From Ophelia neglecta (Eukaryota), in assembly GCA_965285935.1 (NCBI GenBank), contig OZ260663.1, forward strand, positions 86,180,001 through 86,244,000: 64,000 nucleotides of DNA. The letters run 5' to 3'. Within the stretch, counting starts at the first letter, position 1, and each line of letters opens with the position of its first letter. The notes under the pieces are model-generated. The model was not told the DNA's origin. It saw nothing but the letters and a program-made list of their open reading frames with translations, and did not search any database. The position numbers were made by a program, and so were the translations under genes. Shown here piece after piece: positions 11,956 through 24,518 of this stretch.

Positions 11956-12130
11956 GAGTGAAACCGTTGAATTAAGACCATCCCGGGGACTGACAAATAC
12001 TGGTCTGGTTATAGAAGTAGTCTGTTTATACAAGCTATTTTCATTGAAAGTGAAAACTGTTATTTTTATTAGTGGTCTGAATTGCCAGGTGGTCTTAATA
12101 TAAAGGTGGTCTATAAGGCAGGTTTCTCTC
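11956..12130. mobile_element. MITE of the CAGTGAAACC/AGACCA family, opposite orientation, diverged
   Basis: TA|GAGTGAAACC...GGTTTCTCTC|TA with internal TGGTCT repeats. Confidence 0.75.
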
Positions 12131-13085
12131 TAACCATTAACATACATTCGCTCATTGCTCTTTCATGCATGGCCTACCTTTATCAAATTCCTCTAATAGC
12201 ACCTATTATAACAGGTAAATGATAGATTGTGTTCGGCCAGTGGAAATGGTCGGCGCTGGTACAAAATGGTAGCCTGGGGTAATAATGATAGGCGGTTGTA
12301 GATCATGGTGAAAAATGCTAGAATGAGGTAAAAAATGACGATGGTGAAACACGGTAATAATTATTGAAATGGTCTGACGGTCATTTGTCTACCTGTATTA
12401 ACTCTTAATTTGAGCTTTCCGTGGTGATCTGTTTAACCATCAGGGGACAGACTTTCAGACATGGATTTTGATTTTACTCCCCCGAAGTGGTACACGTGTT
12501 GTTCAGGCGTAGTGATACCTTACTTAGGCGTGGTGATTTGACATCCAAAGCGGTTTATATTTTTTACCCGTTCTTTGTAATATCATATCATTTTTAATTA
12601 TATAACATTTTGAAATGGAGAGAGGTACATTTCCTTACGCCACAGTGATAAGTGGCATATTCATAATAATTTTCCCCCGATCATATCAAAAGATGCGGCT
12701 TATTTGGACTGAGTGGCACAATGAAGTGAGTGAACCTTGTCGGAATGCCATACTACTCTACTCACTTCTATAATTATCGTTATAATTTGTTAAACTATCC
12801 GTGGAATTAGAATAATCAAGTCTATTACAGTAATATGACGCAAGTATCCAAATAATACAAGCCCATTAACTCCCCGAGCTAGCTCTCAAGCTAATTTTGT
12901 ATAGACAACAAACTGTGGATGTTGAAATTGACACTTGTACGGGCATTAGAAATAAACTGATTAGTCGATACAACATTAACTCGATCCTACCGGGAGTATT
13001 CATATGACTTTTAGTGTCTTTGATCATCATTCTCCCTGTTTAAATCACCTTATTTCACCCACTCTACACCCTCATGAACCAGCGG

Positions 13086-13244
13086 CAGGGGGGGATCCAG
13101 GGGGGCCTGCCCCCCCCCATACTAATTTTTTTACTCTGAAAAGCCTATCCATGCATGTACCTTTCTTAGGCCACCCCCCCCCCCCCACACACACACACAC
13201 ACATGGAGTGCCCCACCCCCTGGAAATTCCTGGATCCGTCCCTG
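13086..13244. mobile_element. Small non-autonomous DNA element (CAGGGGCGGATCCAG-type TIR, hAT-like)
   Basis: TIR CAGGGGGGGATCCAGG / CCTGGATCCGTCCCTG with poly-C and (CA)n inside. No clean TSD. Copy at 27862-28020; right-truncated copies start at 18012 and 32792. Confidence 0.65.
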
Positions 13245-13815
13245 ATCGGTTACCAAAAACTTTTACAAACGCTAAAACTGCTCAACAAAAATATTATCTT
13301 TCGACCGTAAGCCTCGGTCTAATGGTGATGCTAGTGAGGCCGAACATATTTGGCAGCGTAAAGCACTCCTTCAAGTATTTTTCATTTTTCTGGGTCAGAC
13401 ATTCTTAAACTGCAAGACAGAGGGATCACATCTATCTGGTTATCGAGTCCTTGACCTTCAGGAATGAAAGTACTAACCACATATCTGATATTGGAGAAAA
13501 TCTTCTGGGGCCCACTTCAAGAAAAAACAACCTGGTGTGACGTGTTAAAATATACTCGTGATAGGACGCATTTGAATATAATGACGACCAATCAACGAAC
13601 GAAACCGCTCGTCTCTTTGTCTTATAATGAGCATTTGCCAGGTTGAGGCCAGATTTATTTGTTGAAAAGCAGGTGTAGCAGGCATATGTTAATATATGAT
13701 CCAGAGTGTGAATTGCACAGTTATACTCGGCTATTTATAAGGAGGCAGAAGAAAAACAAAAACAAGACAAGATTTCAGGAAAGATTGTCTCATTCCGTAA
13801 CTGATACTCCGTTTG

Positions 13816-14883
13816 ATGGTCGGAACTTTCTGGACTCTACAAGCTATAAATTTCCATTCTGAAAATAAAGACTGTAAGAAGATGGAACCTACCGAGAGTT
13901 CACTTCTCGAGGTTAACACATGGACTTGGTATGTAACGGAAAGTGTAAAAGACTTCACTTCGAGCTCATTGTTAACCATATGTAGAATGAGTCTCGTAGC
14001 TTTCGGCGTGATAATCGTTATTTTCAACTCGTTCACACTTTTCAGCATGTTCAAATATGGCTTCGTTCAAAAGAGAAATAACATTTTTTTGGTAATAGTG
14101 TGTTTTGCCGATTTGCTTGCTGGGGCTTTCGGAATATACAACCCAGCATTAAACGAGTTTTATGGGCAGGACTTAAGCTATTCAAGTTGTGTGACTTCTG
14201 TCGGAGCCTCTATATATATATCTGGATTATCCATGTACAGCATGACTTTTGCCACATTGGAGACTTACATAAGAATTGCCCACCCTTTCATTCACAATCT
14301 TTACGAACATTCCTGGCATTACTTTGCGGTTGCTGGTTTGATGATGACTTGGCTTCTTATCGTATCTGTTGTGGCTCTTACGCAAAACAAATGGCATCCA
14401 CAAACAATTTGTATTTTTCAAGAGGTGATCGCTGGGGCACAGGGTATTTTTGTGATATTCACGGCAACGATAATTCAACTAGTTATCATAGCGATTTTGT
14501 TTGTGAAGATTCTGCAGGTTGCAAATCGACAACGGATGGCCATAGCTGCTATACAGGTTGACCACAATGAATCTGATGAAGAACGGGCAAAGAAAAAGAA
14601 AAATGGCCAAAGAATTAAACTTATCAAATCGTTGGTGATTCTCATGTATATTTTGGCGATTCCATTCGTCACGCGAGGAGTTATTTATGCCTTATTGGGT
14701 GAAAATTACCCTATGTCATCATTATCGATACTTGGTCGCACCGTGGTATATTTCACTGTGCTTTTAAACAATTTTGCTAATCCCTTTCTTTTCCAAAGAT
14801 TCTCACCTGATGTCAGGAAAGCACATGCAGCTATATACGAACGTGTTTGTTGCGTCAAAAAGAGCGAAAGCGCAATCCCATGA
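13816..14883 (+). CDS. Intronless orphan class A GPCR, copy B
   Basis: Intact 7TM ORF paralogous to A. Alternative start at 13882. N1.50 is present; P5.50 is replaced by Q. Confidence 0.92.
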   Translation: MVGTFWTLQAINFHSENKDCKKMEPTESSLLEVNTWTWYVTESVKDFTSSSLLTICRMSLVAFGVIIVIFNSFTLFSMFKYGFVQKRNNIFLVIVCFADLLAGAFGIYNPALNEFYGQDLSYSSCVTSVGASIYISGLSMYSMTFATLETYIRIAHPFIHNLYEHSWHYFAVAGLMMTWLLIVSVVALTQNKWHPQTICIFQEVIAGAQGIFVIFTATIIQLVIIAILFVKILQVANRQRMAIAAIQVDHNESDEERAKKKKNGQRIKLIKSLVILMYILAIPFVTRGVIYALLGENYPMSSLSILGRTVVYFTVLLNNFANPFLFQRFSPDVRKAHAAIYERVCCVKKSESAIP

Positions 14884-17800
14884 AAATAGAAATGTTTGGA
14901 ATCGGATTAGGTATCGGATATTAAGAATTAAAGATAGAACATGTAGTTTACAATTAAATTGTTACCTGAACAAATTTAAGCATGAAAGTTAATACAAATC
15001 TCAAATATATATCATTCAATTGCGTTTGATGTAAATCCATTATAGCAAGTTATTATAATAATAAGACATGCGAAGCAGGAGGGCCAAAGGGCTAGGAAAT
15101 GTAATGAAAAATGTTGGACAGACGCTCAATGGGGCATGCGCCTCTCATTACGTAAAGAAGACAGTGAAGAGAATAATTGATCAGGAGATATTAAGTCTCA
15201 ATTCAAGTCCTTTTTTGCAGTTTACAAATTTTGTATACGCCATGTACTAAACATCACATGTTTATTATATATTTTCCAAAAGAGATGATTCCCTAGAAAG
15301 ATTATGCTTCAGATTAGGGTTTAACCCTGGGACTCCGAACTGTCTGGTGCGGCAGGTGTGTTTTTTTAATTATTAAAATAGAATGCAAAATGGTAGGATG
15401 AAATTAAAACATGAATGTTTTCATTTTATGGATATTAATTCCATGAACATTCAACATGTTTAGCTGACCAGTTGTAGGAGCTGTGTGTTCCCCACATGGA
15501 GATAACACAATTAACCTAACTTCCGAGACAGGCACTGGCTGTTATGGCGTTATGCGTTAGATCTCCAGCCCTTAAAATCATATTTGGCATATTTATGACT
15601 CATTCGTTCAATCTATAAGGGTTAACTTCCTAAATAGCCACACTTTCTTTGTTGTTTGCATTTCTTCTTATCGAGTTAATGAGTATTACAACATTTGGTA
15701 AAATCACACCGGTTTAATCATTTTATATTAAGTTGGTGAAATCATTGACGGAGTGTTTATATACCCTGGTAAATATAACCTAAATCATGTCTCTTGTCAA
15801 GAGTCACGTTTAGTTGCATTCAAATTTCCAATTGTATTTGATTATGATTTAATGTGGTAGAAATTTGCTGTAGAAACTGCCAGAATTGGTAAAGTTGTCT
15901 GATTCTAAAATTTATAGTTATTCGTGGTTAAACTATTTTATTATTTCATAAGAATCCGTACTTTTCAACGGCTAATTGCATATCGTGTATGATTGTATGA
16001 TAGTACGCGTTCAACATTGTTATTCCAATTTTAAAAATATTGTTTAGATTACAGTTGTAAACACAGTACGGTCGCTGCAAGATTACGCAGGCATCTGATG
16101 TAGCTTTCATGTAGAGTTATTTGTTGTATAGTTATGGTTTTTCTTCAATAAATTCGAGTTGTAATTATTGGAGCAGTTATTGAGTTTATACTATCTGTTG
16201 GTGAGTAAAGCAAATCAACCTAATATCAATAAGTTCTCCTGAATCAATATCGAATTTTCTTAGTATATGCGGTTAATTTATATTTAAACACCAGCTCTAT
16301 GCACAATGATAATAACAATGAGCCTGACAATAATAATTTATTTCTAATTTTCCTTATAAAGCAGTAGAAAATTTTGACCACAGTAAAACACGCGGTTTAC
16401 GAGAAAATAACTATGAACAAGAGACTCAGGACCAACAAGAAAACAATTAATAATTGATATATTTATTCCTTAAGTACTTAGAAAGCAGTGATAATTACCA
16501 ACAATCTAAAGATCTCCTATTGAAGCAAGCCCGATTCAGGGAATAACAGAAGGTGCATCAAATCGGTAACGTTGACCTTCGCCCGAAGTAGCGCTTATAA
16601 CGTTTTTTCAAGTTGATATAGGAGCCTTTGAGGTTTTCAAGGGGACACCGTGATATATATAATTGAGCAGGTTAACCGTTACTTCGTAGATCAAAAGTAC
16701 ATTTAAACAAAGCTGCTATAGTTTCGTTTCTATCGTTTTGAAACCAACCCATAAATCTCTGGGACAAACAATGGTACTGTCACCATGTTGAAAGTAGGTC
16801 ACGCCTTATTTTTTTCGATCAAAAGTACGCACGATGGTGTTGAAACTTTCTCTCCGAAAGCGGCGATGGCCCGTGGATACATGAACATTTGATTTCGAAA
16901 TGGATTTGTTATTTACAAATTGGGAGTAGGCCAAAGCTTATTTTTGTTTTCAAAGTGTGTTCTTGATTAGCTTCAGGGTTCGCGGTATGCACTGATGTAT
17001 TAAGATAGGAAAAGTGCTCAATAGACTCAATAGACTCTATAAGGCAGGTTTCACTCTAACCATTTACATACATTCGCTCATTGCTCTTTCATGCATGTCA
17101 TACCTTTATCAAATTGCTCTAATAGCACCTATTTTAACAGGTAAATGATAGATTGTGTTCGGCCATTGGAAAATGGTCGGCGCTGGTACAAAATGGTAGG
17201 CTTGGGTAAAAATGGTAGGCGGTTGTAGATCATGGTGAAAAATGGTAGAATGTGGTAAAAAATGATAGGCGATGGTGAAACACGGTAATAATTATTGAGA
17301 TGGTCTGACGGTCATTTGGCTACCTGTATTAACTCTTAATTTGAGTTTTCCGTGGTGATCTGTTTAACTATCAGGGGACAGACTTTCAGACATTGGATTG
17401 TGATTTTACTCCCCCAGAGTGGTACACTTATTGTTCAGGCGTAATGATACCTTACTTAGGCGTGGTGATTTGGCACCCAAAGCGTTTATATTTTATACAC
17501 GTTCGTTGTAGTATCATATTAATTTTTATTATATAAGCTTTTAAATGGGAGAAAGGTACATTTCCTTACGCCACAGTGATAAGTGGCATATTCATAATAA
17601 TTTACCCCGATCATATCAAAAGCTGCGGCTTATTAAGACTGAGTGGCACAATGAAGTGAGTGCACCTTGTCGGAATGACTTACTACTCTACTCACTTCTA
17701 TAATTATCGTTACTATTTTGTAATACTATCCGAGGAATTAGAATAATCAAGTCTATTACAGTAATATGATGGAAGTATCCAAATAGCCTAATACAAGTCC

Positions 17801-18614
17801 ATGAACCCCTGAGCTAGCTCTCAAGCTAATTGTGTGTAGACAACAAACTGTGGATGTTGAAATTGAAACTTGTACGGACATTAGGAATTGGCTGATTAGT
17901 CGATACAACATTAACTCGATCCTACCGGGAGTATACATATGATCTTTGATCATCGTTCTCCCTGCTTAAATCACCTAATTACACCCACTCTACACCCTCA
18001 TGAACCCGCGGCAGGGGCGGATCCAGGGGGGCCTGCCCCCCCCCCCCCATACCAATTTTTTTTTACTCTGAAAAGCCCATCTATGCATGTACCTTTCGAT
18101 CGTAAGCCTCGGACTAATGGTGATGCTGAGGAGGCCGAACATATTTGGCAGCGTACTGCACTCCTTCAAGTATTTTTCCGGGCCAGACATTCTTAAAGCG
18201 CAAGGCGGAGGGATCACATCTATCTGGTTATCGAGTCCTTGACCTTCAGGAATGAAAGTACTTACCACATATCAGATATTGGAGATAATCACCTGGGGCC
18301 CACTTCAAGAAACAAACAACCTGGTGTGACGTGTTAAAATATACTCGATCGTGATAGGACGCATTTGAATATAATGACGACCAATCAACGAACGAAACCG
18401 CTCGTCTCCTTGTCTTATAGGCCTAATGAGCATTTGCCAGTATCAAGCCAGATTTATTTGTTAAAAAGCAGGTGTAGCAGGCATCTGTTAATATATGATC
18501 CACAGTGTGAATTGCACATTTATACTCGGCTATTTATAAGGAGGCAGAAGAAAAACAAAAACAAGACGAGATTTCAGGGAAGGATGTCTCATTCCGTGAC
18601 TGATACTCCGATTG

Positions 18615-19682
18615 ATGGTCGGAACCTTCTGGACTCTACATGCTTTAAATTTCTATTCTAAAAATAAAGACTGGATGAAGATGGAACCTACCGAGAGTTC
18701 ACTTCTCGAAGTTAACACATGGACTTGGTATGTAACGGAAAGTGTAAAAGACTTCACTTCGAGCTCATTGTTAACCATATGTAGAATGAGTCTCGTATCT
18801 TTCGGCGTGATAATCGTTCTTTTCAACTCGTTCACACTTTTTAGCATGTTCAAATATGGCTTCGTTCAAAAGAGAAATAACATTTTTTTGGTATTAGTGT
18901 GCTTTGCCGATTTGCTTGCTGGGGCTTTCGGAATATACAACCCTGCATCAAACGAGTTTTATGGGCAGGACTTAAGCTATTCAAGTTGTGTGACTTCTGT
19001 CGGAGCCACTTTATATATAACTGGATTATCCGCATACAGCATGATGTTTGCCACTTTGGAGACTTACATAAGAATTGCCCACCCTTTTATTCACAATCGT
19101 TACGAACATTCCTGTCATTACTTTGCGGTTGCTGGTTTGATGGTGACTTGGCTTCTTATCGTATCTGTTGTGGCTCTTACGCAAAACAAATGCCACCCAC
19201 AAATACATTGTGCTTTCCAAGATATGGCCGCTGGGGCACAGGGTGCTTTTGTTATATTCACGGAAATGATAATTCCACTAGTTATCATAGCGATTTTGTT
19301 TGTGAAGATTCTGCAGGTGGCAAAACGACAACGGATGGCCATAGCTGCTATACATGTTGACCACAATGAATCTGATGAAGAACGGGCAAAGAAAAAGAAA
19401 ATTGGCCAGAGAATTAAACTTATCAAATGGATGGTGATTCTCCTGTATATTTTAGCGATGCCATTCGTCTCGCGAGGAGTTATCTATGCCTTATTAGGTG
19501 AAAATAACCCTATGTCATCATTATCGATACTTGTTCGCTCCTTTGTTTATTTAAGTGTGCTTTTAAACAGTTTTATTAATCCCCTTCTGTTCCAAAGATT
19601 CTCTCCTGATGTCAGGAAAGCACATGCAGCTATATACGAACGTTTTTGTTGCGCCAAAAAGAGCGAAAGCGCAATCCCATGA
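18615..19682 (+). CDS. Intronless orphan class A GPCR, copy C
   Basis: Intact 7TM ORF with alternative start at 18681. Most divergent type in TM3, ECL2, TM5 and TM7. ECL2 has W to C. Confidence 0.92.
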   Translation: MVGTFWTLHALNFYSKNKDWMKMEPTESSLLEVNTWTWYVTESVKDFTSSSLLTICRMSLVSFGVIIVLFNSFTLFSMFKYGFVQKRNNIFLVLVCFADLLAGAFGIYNPASNEFYGQDLSYSSCVTSVGATLYITGLSAYSMMFATLETYIRIAHPFIHNRYEHSCHYFAVAGLMVTWLLIVSVVALTQNKCHPQIHCAFQDMAAGAQGAFVIFTEMIIPLVIIAILFVKILQVAKRQRMAIAAIHVDHNESDEERAKKKKIGQRIKLIKWMVILLYILAMPFVSRGVIYALLGENNPMSSLSILVRSFVYLSVLLNSFINPLLFQRFSPDVRKAHAAIYERFCCAKKSESAIP

Positions 19683-21436
19683 AAATAGAAATGTTTGGAA
19701 TCGAATTAGGTATAGGATATTAAGAATTAAAGATAGATCATGTAGTTTACATTTAAATCGTTACCTGAACAAATTTAAGCATGAAAGTTAATACAAATCC
19801 CAAATATATATTATTCAATTGCGTTTGATGTAAATCCATTACAACAAGTTATACTAATAAGACATGCGAAGCAGGAGGGCCAAAGGGCTAGGAAATGTAA
19901 TGAAAAATAGTAGACAGACGCTCAATGGGGCATGCGCCTCTCATTATACGTAAACACAGAGAATCAGTCGTACACAGTTAGATACATTGGAGAGAATAAT
20001 TGATCAGGAGATATTAAGTCTCAATTCAAGTCCTTTTTTGAAGTTTACAAATTTTTTATACGCAATTTACTAAACATCACATGTTTATTATATATTTTCC
20101 AAAGAGATGATTCCCTAGAAGGTTTATGCTTCAGATTGGGCTTTAACCCTGGGACTCCGAACTGTCTGGTGCGGCAGGTGTGATTCCTTAAATATTAAAA
20201 TAGAATGCAAAATGGTAGGATAAAATTTAAACATGAATGTTTTCATTTTATGGATATTAATTCCATGAACATTCGGCATGTTTAGCTGACCAGTTGTAGC
20301 TGTGCGTTCCCCACATGGAGATAACATAACTAACCTTACTGCCGAGACAGACACTGGCTGTTATGGCGTTATGCGTTAGATCTCCAGTCCTTAAAATCAT
20401 ATCAAACATATTAATGACTCAATCGTTCAGTCTATAAGGGTTAACTTCCTAAGCCACACTTTCTTGGTTGTTTGCATTTCTTCTTATCGAGTTAATGAGT
20501 ATTACAACATTTGGTTAAATCACACCTGTTTAATAATTTTATATTTAGTTGGTGAAATCATTAACGGAAGGTTAATATACCCTGGTAAATATAACCTAAA
20601 TCATGTCTCTTGTCAAGAGTCACGTAAAGATGCATTCAAAGTTCTCATTGTATTTGATTATGATTTAATGTGGTATTAATTTGTGGTAGAAACTGACAGA
20701 ATTGGTAAAATTCGTAGTTATTAATGGTTAAACTATTTCATTGTGTCACAAGAACCCGTTATGTTCAAAGGGCTAATTGCATATCGTGAATGATTGTATG
20801 ATAGTACGCGTTCAACATTGTTATTCCAACTTTTTGAATATTGTTAAGATTACAGTTGTAAACACAGTACGGTCGCTGCAAGATTACGCAGGCATCTGAT
20901 GAAACTTGCATGTAGAGTTATTTGTTGTATAGTTATGGTTTTTCTTCAATAAATTCGAGTTGCAATAATAGGATCGTTTATACTATCTGTTGGTGAGTAT
21001 AGCAAATCTACCTAAAATCAATAGGTTCTCCTGAATCAATATCGAATTTTCTTAGTATATGTGGTTAATTTATATTTAAACACCAGCTCTAGGTACAATA
21101 ATAATGACACTAAGCCTGACAATAATAATTTATATTTAATTTCCTTAAAAAGCAGTAGAAAATTAATTGTCCACAGTAAAACACGCGGTTTACAAGAAAA
21201 CAACTATGAACAAGAGACTCAGGACCAACAAGAAAACAATTAATACTTAATAAATTTATTTCTTAAGTAATTAGAAAGCAGTGATATTTACCAACAATCT
21301 AAAGATCACCTATTGAAGCAAGCCCGATTTAGGGAAAAATAGAAGGTGCACCAAATCGGTAACGTTGACCTTCGCACGAACTAGCGCTTATAGCATTTTT
21401 TCAAGTTGATATAGGAGCCTTTGATATATATAATTG

Positions 21437-22295
21437 GTTTAAACATATTTTATTAACGGGACCGACCAAATAGCGCGGGGCTAATCTAGTGGCTTCTCCC
21501 TAAATTTACAATACAGTTTAGTAACTTAGCATATGGATATGACATAGATAAACAGTCAAAGATAAACAGTTAAAGACGAATGAATAACATCAACATATGT
21601 ACATACATCTCGTACAGTATTTAGAATAACTAAATAGATAAAGATAAAGATAATAATAATTAAATTAAAATAAAATACGTGGTGCAAAAAAATAAATAAT
21701 AATGATATTTAATATTAGTTGGTTGTGTCCCGTTATTTCAATATACAGACGTTTAAAACAGCCCGGTGTGAGTTTAAACTTTTGTCGTTCGTACCAAATA
21801 GTAAAGGAACGACCGAGGCGCGAATACCATTTGTGTAAAGGAAGTCCAGCATGGCGGCCCTGGAGACCACAAAACGGCTGCAGTGAAAAAAGTAATGAGA
21901 GGGTGTCTCATAATCCTCTCCACAAAGGCACAGTGGACTATCAATGCAGTGATTGTTAAACAGATCAGAATTTAAAGCGCTGCATCCCATTCTCATCTCG
22001 GACAAGCTTATATTGATGGATCGGGAGCCCAGACGGAAGTAAGCAGAAGGCGAGGGAAGTGTAGGATTTGTTTTAACTTTAAAAACGTTAAGAGAGACAA
22101 GAGATTGAAATTCCACAGGTAAATTATTCCACAATGAAATTGTATGAGGGAAGAAGGATCGTTTAAAGTACTCTGTTCGCACCTTGAACTGGGGAATTTT
22201 CATAGAGGCAGTAGAACGTGTGTGGTGACCATGATTAATCTTGGCTGGCAAGATTGAAATCAGATATTGGGGTGCTCTGTGGTTAATTTTGTATA
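21437..22295 (-). mobile_element. Duplicate of the 5'-truncated LINE
   Basis: TSD GATATATATAATTG at 21423-21436 and 22296-22309; identical 172-aa ORF. Confidence 0.9.
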
Positions 22296-23263
22296 GATAT
22301 ATATAATTGTGTAGGTCAACCGGTACTTCGTAGATCGAAAGTACATTTAAATAAAGCTGCTAAAGTTTCTTTTCTATCGTTTTGAAACCAACCCATAAAT
22401 CTCTGGGACAATGGCACCGTCACCATGTTGAAAATAGGCCACGCCTTATTTTTTTCGATCAAAAGTATGCACGATGGTGTTGAAACCTTCTCTCCAAAAG
22501 CGGTCTATGGCCCGTGGATACATGAATATTCGATTTCGAAATGGATTTGTTATTTTCAAATTGGGAGTAGGCCAAAGCTTATTTTTGACTTCAAAATGTA
22601 TTCTCGATTAGCTTCAGGGTTCGCGGTATGCACTGTATGTATACTTCTACATGCAATCAATCAATCCCGGCCCTATACTAAATAAATTTATACCAAATAT
22701 AAGTCAAACCTGGATCATAACTTAAATGCACCAGAATTGCTTTTAAGCAAAAAAGGTTATATAAAATTCACTAAGATAACTTAATTATAAAAAAGGAATT
22801 AAATATTCATAAGCTCTGAATGTCGAAATATTCAAAATCATGTAAGTTCGCATTCGACGCCAAGATTTCAACGTGCTTTTAATTAAGAAACATTCATTGA
22901 GAAATAATCGAAACATCAAATGGATCAAAATTATAAATTCAGGAAAAAATAAATTGCCTGGACCTGATGGTTTATAATTTATTCTTTTGGACCAACATGA
23001 TAAAATGTTCTGATGTCTGACCCAGTGTCATATCATTTTGTTGATAAGATTATCCTTATTTTAAAACAGTAAAAGATTAAATCGAAATATCAGTCACACT
23101 TTGCCTCTTTTGTATTATCCTTTACTGTGACACAATGTGCTTGAGGTGCTGATAAACTGCATTGAGTAAAGCTATATATATATATTAAAGCTATACCTTT
23201 TTATTTGACAAATGCAAATAATTAGCCAATATAAACAAACAATAGTAAAAAAATATCGTTATA

Positions 23264-23465
23264 CCGGTATTTCGGGGGTAGTAACTGGCCCACCCGATGT
23301 CAGCATAATGTGACTGGGTGGGGTTCCCTGTCTGGTGTCTACGGCAGGTACACCAGTGAGGCAGCACTATAAAGAGGGCATTGGGCCCACTGTCACAAGT
23401 AGGCACCGTGGCGATATGACCATATCAGTGTTGAAAGCCACGTAAAACACCAACTAACCAACCAA
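23264..23465 (+). mobile_element. 5'-truncated SINE duplicate
   Basis: Same sequence and context as 8487-8688. Confidence 0.85.
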
Positions 23466-24340
23466 CCCAGCGGTATCAGCGATTCATCCACAACAAATTG
23501 GCAACAGTAATTGAGACTCCGGCTGTTCAATAGGGGTCTCCAGAGATCAGTACCCCCATGTTCGCCAGGTGGCGCGTCATGTATCCGACCAACATGACAC
23601 TACTTGAAGGGTTAAATTTCAAATTGGCGGAGAGTGGAAAGCGGACAGCGAATGTAATAAGAAAACACACTTATATATCAAAGTGGACAGTGACCGATTG
23701 CCGGAAATATGCGAAGCAAAGGAATGATCACAATTCTAGCGGCGGAACAAGTCAAATAGGCTATGTTGCCTGGTAGTTAAATTAACTCCTGGGTGCCTTA
23801 TTATATCATCAAAATGGGAAAACACTATGGCTAACATCATAAAGTACACCTATAAATTATAAATGTATATAAAGTTTCAACCCTATGAAATAAAAGTCTA
23901 ATAAGTGTACCGGCGGTTCCATGTTTTCAAACATCTAGGTGCATTGAATATTATATTTTATTTTCTAGTGAAAGTTCCCAATTATTTATGACCAATCTCT
24001 ACCCCCTCACCGAAATTTATCGCCTCTTCTATTCTCGAAAATGTTCCACACTTGACAATTTCTTCAACTCTGAAAAACGTAAGGGACACCTTAAAAAACA
24101 AAATTTAAATTCTTAACTTGCAGGTGTGAAATGTGAATATTGAATAGATGAATACGACATTAATAATGGTTATTTAATCGACTTTTGATCAGTCAACTTT
24201 AATCGTAGCAGTGCATAGTCGGGCAGAAATAGTATAACACGCCAGCAACGTGACTATACGTGCATGCCAATTCTCATTCAGGTGTAGATCAGGGTTCGAC
24301 GGAACCCCGTGACGTCACGGGTCGATCCAGTATATACGTT

Positions 24341-24518
24341 CAGTGAAACCTACCTTAAATACCACCTCCATAGTGAGACCACCTGTCATTTCGGACCACT
24401 AATATAAAGACCATGCAGTACTATTTCAATGTAAAATTACCTGTATAAACAGACCACCTCAATAATCAGACCAGTATTTTCAAGTCCATTGGGTGGTCTT
24501 AATTCACAGGTTTCACTG
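24341..24518. mobile_element. MITE duplicate
   Basis: Same as 9564-9741. Confidence 0.85.

Larger units (their letters stand above)
6076..19960 (+). repeat. Near-identical tandem segmental duplication, copy 1 (contains GPCR B and C)
   Basis: Matches 20860-34740 at an offset of about 14,776-14,784, with only sparse SNPs and small indels. The ORF track is duplicated at the same offset. Confidence 0.95.
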
